From the NCBI GenBank assembly GCA_030295235.1, contig AP026124.1:1922001-1986000 (forward strand): a stretch of 64,000 nt of DNA, in the 5' to 3' direction. Below, in pieces: positions 48,546-59,107 of this stretch. The translations under genes and the position numbers were made by a program. This DNA is from Fistulifera solaris (lineage: Eukaryota). The notes under the pieces were generated by a model. It ran no database searches and was not told the origin of the DNA. It saw nothing but the letters and a program-made list of their open reading frames with translations. Numbering within the stretch: position 1 is the stretch's first letter; each line of letters begins with the position of its first letter.

Positions 48546-49622
48546 TCATTCATCGTCCACGAGCACACTTTCTTCTTCCTCAACATCCTCATCCTCGCCA
48601 CCCCCCTCTTCGACGACATCTTTTGCCTCGGTGGCAGCCTCATCATCTTCCTCTTCCATGACTTCTTCTTGAGAATCAGTAGCCTCCTCTTCTTCATTTT
48701 CATCCTCAACAACCTCTGCTTCTTCCTCTGTGTCCGTGACCGAGATTGTCTCTGTTTCCGGAACTTGACTTTCATGCATTCGCGTCAATGGAGACGGTGT
48801 TTTAAATGGCCGTTCGAGATTGCGCCCCAAGCCGTAGACTTGAAATAAGGGACTGTAAATGAGATTGGCAAGTCCAAGGATAGACTGAATAATCAATGGC
48901 TGCACCTGTCCCATTTTGAAATGCAATATCCACATGAAAAGCATATTGAAAATCATTCCACTTTGCATGGATCGAATTTGCTTCAAATCGTATTCAAGTA
49001 CTGTCGATTTGGACGAGAGAAACGAGGACGCCAACGACTTCATCATGGCGTTGCTCCCCGTTTCGTCTCCCAGTTGCGATTGCAAGACCGACGTCAAGGG
49101 GCTTTTCAGTTCGATCGGGGTTCGATCATTCTGTGAAACCGCTTGGATCCGTGCGTATAATAGAAATAGCTGATAACAAACCAAGAACGCCACAAAAGCA
49201 AATCGAGCCAATTTGACCACCATAGGACTGAACAAATCCACTTTCCGTGCCAGTAACATGACTCCAATACTCGCGTATAAGTTTAACATAGGAGATGGAA
49301 CCAATGGTTCATCATATTTCTCTACATTCATTTCGATTTGTACGCCGCTGTCGACGACATCCTCTTCGTCTTCCTCCTCATCTTCCGTGTCAGATTCCTC
49401 TTCTTCTTCCTCCTCCTCTGTAGAAGAAGAACCTCCACGGATATCCATTATTCTTCTGGCCAGAGAAATAGTTTGTTGTTGTCCCCAAAGATTTGATGAC
49501 ACCACAAATGAATGTCGCGAAGCAGAAACAGCATTCGTCGTCGATGCCCAGAAAAGAGTCAATGCGAGCAGTGCAAGAAATTTCCCCCAACATGAAGAAG
49601 AATGAATCCGCGATGCACCCAT
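48546..49622 (-). CDS. PHO88/SND3 family membrane protein with N-terminal signal/RGG extension
   Basis: TVLEYDL, FMWILHFKMGQVQPLIIQS, PLFQVY and LERPFK are Pho88-like. Acidic flanks. Confidence 0.75.
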   Translation of the reverse strand: MGASRIHSSSCWGKFLALLALTLFWASTTNAVSASRHSFVVSSNLWGQQQTISLARRIMDIRGGSSSTEEEEEEEESDTEDEEEDEEDVVDSGVQIEMNVEKYDEPLVPSPMLNLYASIGVMLLARKVDLFSPMVVKLARFAFVAFLVCYQLFLLYARIQAVSQNDRTPIELKSPLTSVLQSQLGDETGSNAMMKSLASSFLSSKSTVLEYDLKQIRSMQSGMIFNMLFMWILHFKMGQVQPLIIQSILGLANLIYSPLFQVYGLGRNLERPFKTPSPLTRMHESQVPETETISVTDTEEEAEVVEDENEEEEATDSQEEVMEEEDDEAATEAKDVVEEGGGEDEDVEEEESVLVDDE

Positions 49623-50133
49623 TCTTTTAATTGAAGCTTTTGGATTGTGTAGTAAAAACGAAGGGATGAAAAGGATTCTATTAAAGGTACGATTGTCGAA
49701 GCAGATGATGCTTGTTGTCGTTATCCACGACGAAATCTTTGGAAAGCCGCAGCCAGGACGAAAACGCAAATTTTTCCTGACAAAATCCCCTTGTAGAATC
49801 CGACGGATTTTACTTAATAGAACGAGAGAGTGTGACATGGATTTTGTTTATGGTTTTCTCTTAGACAGTTGAATAACCTTAAGTTTATGGGACATACCAT
49901 CTTCCCTTTATGGTTTTAGACCACATAATAATATTATTATTTGACAAGACTCCAAAAGTGGTTTTGGAAAATTAAATAAAATCCATGTAAATTGCTGTCG
50001 TTTTACTCAGTAGAATGAATCCGTGAAATTCTACAAGGGGATTTGATTGAAAAAATAATGAAGAATTGCGCGCTACACCTCTCATCCATTCATGCTTGTT
50101 GTTAATTCATCCATTCCGTTATCTTACAACATC

Positions 50134-50979
50134 ATGCCTTCCACAAGCAGTCTTCGACTCGTTTGTTTCTATCTCAGCTCCATCACAGTACACGGGTTAA
50201 GACCTTCTTTAGCTCAATCAAGTCATCTTATTCGCAACATGTCGAGCAACAATAGCAACGAAGCTTTCGGAGTCGGACAAATTGACATTGGTCAACAAGA
50301 AGACGACGACATCGACAACAATTGGGATCATGCTCCGCGAAAATCCTGGAGAGAATTGCTGGAAATTTCTAACAACCGATCTCGAAAAATTCGTGGTTCA
50401 AATTATGTACAAATTGCGACGGTCGATCCAGAAACGAAAACACCCCGCTGTCGTTGTGTCGTCTTTCGCGGCTTTCAAGATATGCCCACCGATCATCCCT
50501 TTGCTTCCTTTTCCGGTCCATCCTCTTGTATTTTACGCATGTGCACCGACAATCGATCCCAAAAAGTCCAACAAGCCGTCCAGGAACCGACGGCCGAAGT
50601 GGTTTGGTGGTTTCCGAAAACGAGTGAACAATATCGAATTCGGGGTGAATTACTCTTTGTGGGAGGAGAAGGAAAATTCCAGTACGATCACGACGAACAC
50701 TTGATAATAGCGAGAAAGCAATTGTGGGGGAATATGAGTGATGCCGCTCGTGAAAGTTTCTTGGAAGACGCCGTACCCGGACAAGCGTATCGTCCGGCCC
50801 AACAGGCTGTACCGATTGGTGGTCGCGATCAGGATGGCAAGGTCGTCCCTCCACCGAATCACTTCTTGCTCATGCTTCTGAAACCCTCCTATGTAGACTA
50901 TTTGAGACTGACAAATCAATACCGACAAGTGGATGTGTACGACAATGGCCACTGGTCTTCGGAACGGGTGAATCCGTAG
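50134..50979 (+). CDS. Pyridoxamine 5'-phosphate oxidase-like FMN-binding protein
   Basis: YVQIATVD, PRCRCVVFRGF, TDNRSQK, EVVWWFPKTSEQYRIRG, VDYLRL, W..ERVNP. N-terminal presequence. Confidence 0.85.
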   Translation: MPSTSSLRLVCFYLSSITVHGLRPSLAQSSHLIRNMSSNNSNEAFGVGQIDIGQQEDDDIDNNWDHAPRKSWRELLEISNNRSRKIRGSNYVQIATVDPETKTPRCRCVVFRGFQDMPTDHPFASFSGPSSCILRMCTDNRSQKVQQAVQEPTAEVVWWFPKTSEQYRIRGELLFVGGEGKFQYDHDEHLIIARKQLWGNMSDAARESFLEDAVPGQAYRPAQQAVPIGGRDQDGKVVPPPNHFLLMLLKPSYVDYLRLTNQYRQVDVYDNGHWSSERVNP

Positions 50980-51043
50980 TTCATTAATCTTAGGAATAAA
51001 GCCATAATTCTTGAAAAAAGGCTCTTGTATTCATTCTGATCCA

Positions 51044-54000
51044 CTAGGGCATGCACTTCCAAAACAGCGATGGCAAGCCAGTGCCCACGGGTACTTCCAT
51101 TCCCATAATGATGCACTCGCTGACACCCACAATGGCATCGGTGCGACCGTGTACGGCGGCGTCGAACAAATGGTCGGTGGTCTTTTCAAACGAAGCCAAC
51201 ATCAGAACACTCTCTCGCATTTTGGAGACACCAAATCGAGTAATCCCTAACACCTCTCCTTTAAAGGTCATGACATCTGATAAAAGTAGCAAATGACGTG
51301 TATCAATTCCGATACCATAGGCACTCATGATATTCCAGATTTCGGCCGAGATTTGAGTGCGGGCTGCCTCGACACCCAACACTGTTTCAACCTCAAGAAT
51401 GTGATTCGTTGTCGTGTTCAGGCCATCAATACCCGGACAACCGATCACTTCCGCCAGTCCATAGCCCTCCATCAGCAGATTGTAGCGAACGATTCCGTTC
51501 TTTTCACTTTCGTTGATCACGGCTCGATTCACGGATGGGATGCCTTGTACAATAACTTCCGGCAAAACGGTTTTTAGCATTTGCATCGTAAAGTACTCAG
51601 AAGTTGCTTTCTTCTCTGATCGCGATGTTCGGCCTGTGTGGCTCGGAACCATAACGCGTAGTTTCGCGTTCGACCCTTTCTTCACCAGCACGTGTTCGTC
51701 CTTGAGCTGACGCAAAGTGGCGTTGCGTGTGGTGCCCCGTGTGCCCTTCAAGATGGCATTTCGGACAGAAAACACATCAATATTTAACTTGAGTTGCTCG
51801 ATGGCATCCATATCGAGTTCGATGCTAATGTAGTTTCCTTTCGGTGAATACACTTCTTTCATGCGCTTGGATACTTCCCCCAAAGTCGTCTTCTCGATAC
51901 CAGCTTTGACGATGCGCGCAGCTACTTTGTTGTCCTCCCTTTCGAGTTTTGCCGTAATGATGGGGGTTGAAATGAGTTTGGCCGCATTGATAATCTCCTT
52001 CAGTCTTGGAACTCCCAATGTCACATTCATCGAGCTAATTCCACTAAAATGGAATGTCTACAGACAAAAATTACGGGTGAGTTCACGAAATCGACGGATG
52101 CAAGGCCATCATGAGGAACAAACCTTTAAAGTCATCTGGGTACCTGGCTCACTGATACTCTGGGCTCCGATTGCCCCGATTGCTTCGCCTGGTTCCACGT
52201 AGGCCACTACACACTTTTCCAGCGCGCTGTGCAACAGTATGTCTAGCTGTGTTTCTGTCACTCGGGAACTGTGCCACGTGCGGGAATTTATATCTTCATC
52301 CGACCCCGTTTCTTCGATTAGCTGTTTCTGCTTTGACGCCAGCTTGGCGAAATAGTCCCTGATTTCCTGCAGGAATACTTTGCCAGTCGGCAGTAGATCC
52401 TGAAAACGCTTCTCAAGTAGTATGTCTTCCACTCGATTTATCAAATCATCAGCACGAAGCGCCTCTTCATCGAAACAAGGGTAGGTCTCACGGATACGCA
52501 TTCTCAGTCTCTCAAAATCTACAGGTCGATCACTGTTTTCCATCTTGTCTGGATGTAAACCGTCATCGCCGTATGTGAATTGCACAACAGTGTTCTCACT
52601 ATTTCGAACTGAAGAATCGTACTGCAATGACAGATCTTCCAATGCCTATTGAAGGTGGTGAAAAAAACGCGTGAAAAAACAACAACAAAGAAGTTCATCT
52701 TTCTCTCGGCATTACAACTTACCTTCATCAGCCGTCTTGCCATGTAACCGGTTTCAGCGGTCTTCACAGCCGTATCGACCAAACCTGCAACAAGTAGAGT
52801 TGATCAGTGCCGCATAAACTCAGTGCCGTAGAATGCACTATGCAACTTACCTTCTCTACCTCCCTGCGCATGGAAGAAAAATTCAGTCGGATGCAAGCCG
52901 GAGTAGAACGAATTGGCAACAAAACCTTTGGCTGCCGGTGTTAAGCTATGGTACTCAAAATGCGGGAGCGTGCGATTTACAAATCCGTTTTGGATACGCA
53001 TTCCGCCTACAGCTTGCTGACCCACGCACGCGATCATTTGCGAAATGTTTAACGGACTTCCCTTACTACCACAATCAGCCATGATACGTGGTGTGTTCGA
53101 CCACGGCAACGCTTTCATTGCTTCTTGTCCAGCTGATTCACGCAAGCGACCAAGAATTCCGTTCAGAATCTCTTCTAACGACTGCAAAAGGTCGCATCCT
53201 GGTCGAAGTTCTAGCTCACCGCTTTCGTACTGTCGAATACTGCTTTCAGCCTTTCAGTAATGCGCAGCATCCGTTAGTTATCTTTCCAGGCATTTTAACA
53301 AGAAATAATCTACTTGGTGCTTACCTTTTGATAGCCAGCTTGCAAGATATCATGTTTGATTTGCTGCAGTTTGTCGGAAGGGGTGACATCTGAAATGCCT
53401 ATCGAAAGTCCACAATGCCCGCCCATGAATCTAGAACAAAAATGAGACCAACGATCCATGCATTTTGCGGCCGCATCAACACCAAAATCTCGCAATAGGA
53501 TGAAGACAAGACCTGTCTTGCTGCCATCTCCCAGCGTTTTCTTAGCAACGTTCCCGCTGATGAGCTCTCCGTCACGAAATGAGACCCAGCCATCATTCTT
53601 GCAAAAGTGCTCATTCGAGGCATAATTCTTCTCCCGCGTTTCAAGATTGACTCTAACTTTGGTTGCCCTATTAGGGCTTAGCATCGCCGTAAATACTTGT
53701 TTTCCGGTCCATAGCGCAATGGGTTTCAAAATGGTTGGAGGGGGTAGTTCAATGTCTTCTTCTGCATTGCTGTAGTAAGAAATTAGTTGACAGAACCTTT
53801 CTCTATCATAAAAGCGATTTTTCTGCGTCAGCATATAGGCTGCGGAAAGAAAGTCCTGGCTTGCGGCAACAAGAGGTTCACCATTTCGGGGTGTGATTAG
53901 ATTATTCTTGACGCCCATGAGCAAAGAAGCTTCCGTTCTCGCTTCCTCCGTTTGTGGAAGATGCATATTCATCTCATCACCATCGAAATCGGCATTGTAG

Positions 54001-55513
54001 GGTGCACAAGCGCATGTATTAAAGCGAAACGTCTTCCAATCCAGCACTTTCACCCGATGCGCCATAATGGAGACTTTGTGAAGGGACGGCTGTCGATTGA
54101 AAAGAACGATATCATCGTCTTCCATGTGGCGTTCGACGATATCTCCAATTTTGAGGTTTTTGGCCGCAGCCTCGCGATCACAGAAAGCCAGTGACTTAAC
54201 AAAGTTTCCATCTTTCAAACGAATCATATTCGCCCCAGGATGCACTTCTGGCCCATTTCGGACGAGCCCCCGCAACTTTTGAATATTGTATCGAGACACT
54301 CGTTCAGGATACGTCATGGTGATTGCCACCCGCTTGGGTACGCCAACCTGATCCACCCGCAAGTTGGGGTCGGGCGAAATAACCGTACGTGCCGAAAAAT
54401 CCACACGCTTCCCCGACAAGTTCCCACGAAATCGTCCTTGCTTTCCCTTGAGACGCTGACACAGACCGCGCATCGGCTTGGCTCCCATAGGACGCTGCAT
54501 ACCGGGCATTTCTCCATTGATGTATTGGGCCACTTGCGCTTGCAAAAGTCCCATTCTTCCATGATGGTCCGAGTTTGCGGGCCCTTTGCAGTGCCAGTTC
54601 CAAAGCCACATTGACATCAATAATTTCTTGTAACTTAACCGTCAAATCATCTTCATTACTACCTCCTCCAACGTCCATCGCTACCGACGGTCGAATCGGT
54701 ACAGGCGGAACCAACAAGTGTTTCAGAATCAGATTCTCCGGACGCCCAATCATGGGATCCATCCAGAGCACTTCACAATCCCTATCGGTGATTCTGGAAA
54801 AGAGTGACAACACTTTTGTCGGCAACAAATCTTCATGCGTCATTCCTTTGACAGCCGACTCAATATCGGGATTGTGTTCCATCGTATGCTCAAAATTGGC
54901 CAACAAATCCGCGTACTCATCTTCATCCTTCCATCGTTCGTGCACAATCCGCAACGTCGGCCCACCCGTCACTTTTTTTGACCGTCCCATTGTATTTTCC
55001 ACACGACGGACAAATTCTGACTTTTTTACAATTATCGACGAGTCGCTTAAAGAGTCCCGCCTTGCCCAAGGCATCGGTTTTGGGATTCCGCATCCGCTGC
55101 AAATGAATGTCACGTTCGGTATCGGCCAAAAGGACTCGCGCACACGATTTGCAAACACACTGCAACAAATGCAGTGTATGTCGGAAGAATCCAATATGAA
55201 AGACGGGCAATGCCAACTTAATGTAACCAAAATGTCCCGCACAATCGACCAATTTCTTTTTGCACGTCGCACAGGACGACAGTTTGTCCGAGACGCCCAA
55301 ACGGGGATCGAGACATCCCCCGGGGGCCGGGGTCCGACTGGGCATACGAAACAAATCGCGACTGGAGACTTGAAATTCCGCCAGTCGTTGCATTTCGCTG
55401 GGTGACAGTATACCGAATTGCAAGTGCGAGATTCGTTTGGGCATGATGTCACCTTTGACGAGTCCTTTGCTGCCCTCCGGGTCGTCGTGTTCTTTGACTT
55501 TTAATTGCATCAT
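51044..55513 (-). CDS. RPC1: RNA polymerase III largest subunit (RPC1/POLR3A)
   Basis: Zn motif C..C..C.GHFG, KGKQGRFRGNLSGKRVDFS, YNADFDGDEMN, DTAVKTAETGYM, GEVLGITRFG, LASFEKTTDHLFDAA. No CTD. Four introns between ~52058 and 53324, and frameshifts near 54975 and 54545-54590. Confidence 0.95.
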
Positions 55514-55961
55514 TTTGTTTGGTGTATCCAGAATAGTGTCTTTTACAGCAAGGAGTTATCTCAACTAGCATTCCTGGGAAATACATACATTACCGAAGAG
55601 CACTTTCTTGCGTGATGCATTTCATTTTTATTTGTTTCTTTGGCTGGCACGCCGGAAGCCGGAAGGATATGTTTTTGTGTGGTGATGGTATCGGCCGGGG
55701 TAAAACGTGATAATGCACTCTTTTGTATAGCTAAAGCAGTATCCGGTACCCATTTTGAAAGTGTCTCTGTAAATATGGTACAGGTACCCATTTAATAGAA
55801 CAAAACGTCTTGCTTGTTGCACCTCGGTTCGTTCGTTTGTTTGCGATGATACATTCATGATAAGGAGTAAACGCGTCCTATCGCATTTTGACAGGAAACA
55901 CAACACATTACAATACTAGTAAATAACCTTTCACTCATCCCATTCACTCATTTAATATACA

Positions 55962-56531
55962 ATGTCATCTTGGGAACGCTCTCGCTACATTCCTTGGGAT
56001 CGAATCCCCAAAGGCAACGATATTGACTTGGACTCGGCCAAAGAACGCGTCTTTCGCGAGTTGCAACGCGACAACATGGAAGAAGAACTACTCACACAAG
56101 ACACGTCCGCATCAATGGGAGAAATGACGCCAAAAATCACCTATTCGAATATGCAATTACTAAGACAAGTCGCGTTTGGATTGTCCATTGGTGGTATTAC
56201 GGGCGTCGTATTTGGTTTCATGGACAGTATGCGACAAGTGGGAGAATCATCGGTTCTCTCGAATGCGTCCAATTCGGCCAAGGCCAAGTACTTGTTTCAA
56301 GGGACGACCCGCTCTTCTTTATTATTTGGTGGATTCTTTGGAGGATTTCAGGCACTCAAATACGGTATCCGAGTGGCGGCGAATCCGGGAGAAGTTTCCG
56401 AAATTGTGGGGGCGGGAGCGGTTTCCATGGGGGCACTCTTTTCCAAGCCGGCGTATCGAGCGTCTGTGCCTTATTGTGGGATGCTTATTATGATGGATGC
56501 GGTACAGTTGTTTATGCGAAAAACGTCGTAA
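55962..56531 (+). CDS. Tim17/Tim22/Tim23 family membrane protein
   Basis: Gly-rich TM segments (GLSIGGITGVVFG; FGGFFGGFQALKYGIR). Confidence 0.65.
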   Translation: MSSWERSRYIPWDRIPKGNDIDLDSAKERVFRELQRDNMEEELLTQDTSASMGEMTPKITYSNMQLLRQVAFGLSIGGITGVVFGFMDSMRQVGESSVLSNASNSAKAKYLFQGTTRSSLLFGGFFGGFQALKYGIRVAANPGEVSEIVGAGAVSMGALFSKPAYRASVPYCGMLIMMDAVQLFMRKTS

Positions 56532-56575
56532 CGTGTATTTGTATGAATTGAGTCTATTTTTAGGAGCTTGCAAAA

Positions 56576-57769
56576 TTAAGCATGATCATGATTATCATCG
56601 TCGTCACCTTCGCCAACCGAATGCATGTCATGATCCTCGTCTTCGTCGTCATCATCATCATCATTACTTTCGTTCGTTGTGTCATCACTCATATCGTCCT
56701 CCTGGAGCATTTGTTGTACTTCTATTTCGGCTCTCAAGGGCTGCATATTCAAGCGCACGACGCGTCGTCGAGGATCGGCTGGCAAGAATTCCATCCCCAC
56801 TCCTACCAATAAATCACGAAAATCGTCCAAAAAACCACCATCTTCCGCGGACGGTGGTGCAGGTGGAACACTGGCTCCCTGTGTCGATGCTTGTTCTTCT
56901 GCTTCACATTGAATAATCTCTTCGACAGCCGCTAATGAATCTTCCGTTACTTCGATGCGATACATTTGAAAAAAAGCCACCAAAGGATTGTTCTCCAATC
57001 CAGCACTGACGACGCTATCCTCCTCTTCCTGCTTGCGACTCTTTCGTTTTTGTCGCTTGGCACGCAACGCCAATTCCAAGCGAATCGTCATGGACACGCG
57101 CAACAACAATTGCGGATAGAAGGATGAATGGGTTCGGGGCAATTCTGCTTCTGGATGTGCCGCAATCGCCCCCACCTCTTTGAGGATGATATAATTCCGC
57201 GAGAAATTCCCCGCTTCATCGTCAAAGAGTACCGTATGGATGCGTCCGTCCGATAACAGCAATTGATGTCCTCCACCACCTCCGACACGATACCACATTT
57301 GGTAGGTTTCACCCTCCATCGAACAGGTTGAGAAGGTCAATTTGCAGGCTTCTTCCTGATGCGGAGCCAAGGATGATACACAAACGACACGTCCTCCTTG
57401 AAACGGCCGAGAAAGATCGGCGGGGATTTGCCGAGATCGACCCACAATATAAATTTGACCCTTGTGGTGACCCCAACCTTGATCGCGCCAGCGAAACGTC
57501 ACCGTAATCGAATGTACTCTTCGACTCAAACAAGGAATACGGACCCAAGGGAGGATGTCATCTCCATTGGTAGCGGTCGGTACAAAGCGTTGTCGAGTAA
57601 ACAGTTGTCGCGAATCGCGCAACAGGCGCAAGGAAAGACTGGAATGCAGATTGCGACACGTTTCCGCCAAACGCAAGGCATCGTACGGACACAAGTAAGA
57701 TGCGGTACGCCGTTTTAGCTCCGCAGGTAAATGGATGATGGGAAAGTACGAATCATCATCATCATTCAT
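56576..57769 (-). CDS. F-box-like protein with acidic C-terminus
   Basis: N-terminal IHLPAELKRRTASYL.PYD.LRLAETCRNL (F-box pattern), then a beta-rich domain with WRDQGWG. Confidence 0.6.
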   Translation of the reverse strand: MNDDDDSYFPIIHLPAELKRRTASYLCPYDALRLAETCRNLHSSLSLRLLRDSRQLFTRQRFVPTATNGDDILPWVRIPCLSRRVHSITVTFRWRDQGWGHHKGQIYIVGRSRQIPADLSRPFQGGRVVCVSSLAPHQEEACKLTFSTCSMEGETYQMWYRVGGGGGHQLLLSDGRIHTVLFDDEAGNFSRNYIILKEVGAIAAHPEAELPRTHSSFYPQLLLRVSMTIRLELALRAKRQKRKSRKQEEEDSVVSAGLENNPLVAFFQMYRIEVTEDSLAAVEEIIQCEAEEQASTQGASVPPAPPSAEDGGFLDDFRDLLVGVGMEFLPADPRRRVVRLNMQPLRAEIEVQQMLQEDDMSDDTTNESNDDDDDDEDEDHDMHSVGEGDDDDNHDHA

Positions 57770-58613
57770 GTTTAATACAAAAATAAGAAGTGCAGGAAAA
57801 TGGGAACAAGCGTGTTTTCTGCCGTGATTTATGGCGAGTGCATTCGAATCAATCATCCATCACATTATTTACTGCGAGGTGCGAGGTGACGAAGAAGCAT
57901 GAAAAGGCGCACTGGTATTCAAACGACCAACATCCAAACCGCACTTCAAGTACCTGGTACACCTATTCGGTCCTTGTCGCTTCTTCCAACAATATCACAG
58001 GATTTGAGTTTTGTTTATAAAAATAGTGATGGATTACAAAATAGAACAAATGACAATCGAAAGATGTTGTTAATCAAGAATAAGATGGAATGTAGTATTC
58101 GTGACTGAAATACAGTCGTGGTAATATTGATGCAACACTTTGACCTATTGTCAATGCGACCGTCATCGATTTCGCAAAGACTTTGTTCGAATTCGATGCG
58201 TGCTTTGTATAAATTGCTTGTCCGCTGCGGAAGACTATTCATTATTTTTACAGAGTCAGCAGTCAGCAGAAAGGACGGAAAATGAAAAAGGAGCATGGGC
58301 TTATTTTTTTCGAGGATGGTCCTGCGTGTCGTGATGATTCACGATTGAACTCCAGTCGTGGTTCCTGGCTGCCTACACTTTGATTATAGAATGGCTGAAC
58401 GGGCGGCGGTCAGTAAGCATTTTGGCGCCGCGGCGCGGAGGAAATGAACGTGAACGTGTTGGTTGTTTGTTCGACACGTCGAACATCATCATCGTCTGCT
58501 CTTAGCTTAAAAGAGATATCGTTTTTTTCTTTCTCGATTGACTTCGCATTGCTAAGACTGCAGTACTAGAGTAGTGGCTGTGCTCGTCGTTTGGTCCGCG
58601 CTTGCGTACGATT

Positions 58614-59041
58614 ATGAAGTTGTCTACTTCGTCGGCTTTTCTTGATTGTGTTTTCCTTCCGTCAAACAGGATCGTGTGGTTTCATGACGCACGCCACTAC
58701 CGCTCCCACTCCCCCTGTCGGCGGCCACAAACAAAGAAGAAGAAGAAAAAGAAGAAGAATTATCATCGCAGATTCCTTTGTTACCGGAAGCAGATCCGAA
58801 TGCTAATATTCCTCGAATCAATTTGGGCGAGACGATACGATTTGAAGAGATGGGACCGATTATTCTCAATTTGGATGGTTCGACACGTCGTATCGCCAAT
58901 TGGGATCAAATGACAGAGCACGAGCGACAAGTCACCTGGCGTCGTATTAGTAAGCGCAATGAGGAAAGGAGACAGCTTCTATTGCAGCAGCAGCAGCAAC
59001 AAGAACAACAAGATGCAGCGGAAGCTGAAAATGAGCTTTAG
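58614..59041 (+). CDS. Small conserved hypothetical protein (N-terminus frameshifted)
   Basis: EEMGPIILNLDGSTRRIANWDQMTEHERQVTWRRISKRN resembles a widespread uncharacterised eukaryotic family. Poly-Q tail. Confidence 0.6.
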
Positions 59042-59107
59042 TCGCTACTTCGCGTTGACCGGCTTTTGTAGAAAAAAAACTAGTAGCAAATTAGGAAATC
59101 ATCAATG

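Noticed and set aside
16323..55513. Pseudogene or programmed-frameshift interpretation of the broken genes
   Set aside because: Breaks sit in 3-7-nt homopolymers of essential genes, with no nonsense substitutions or shared slippery motif. Sequencing error is simpler.
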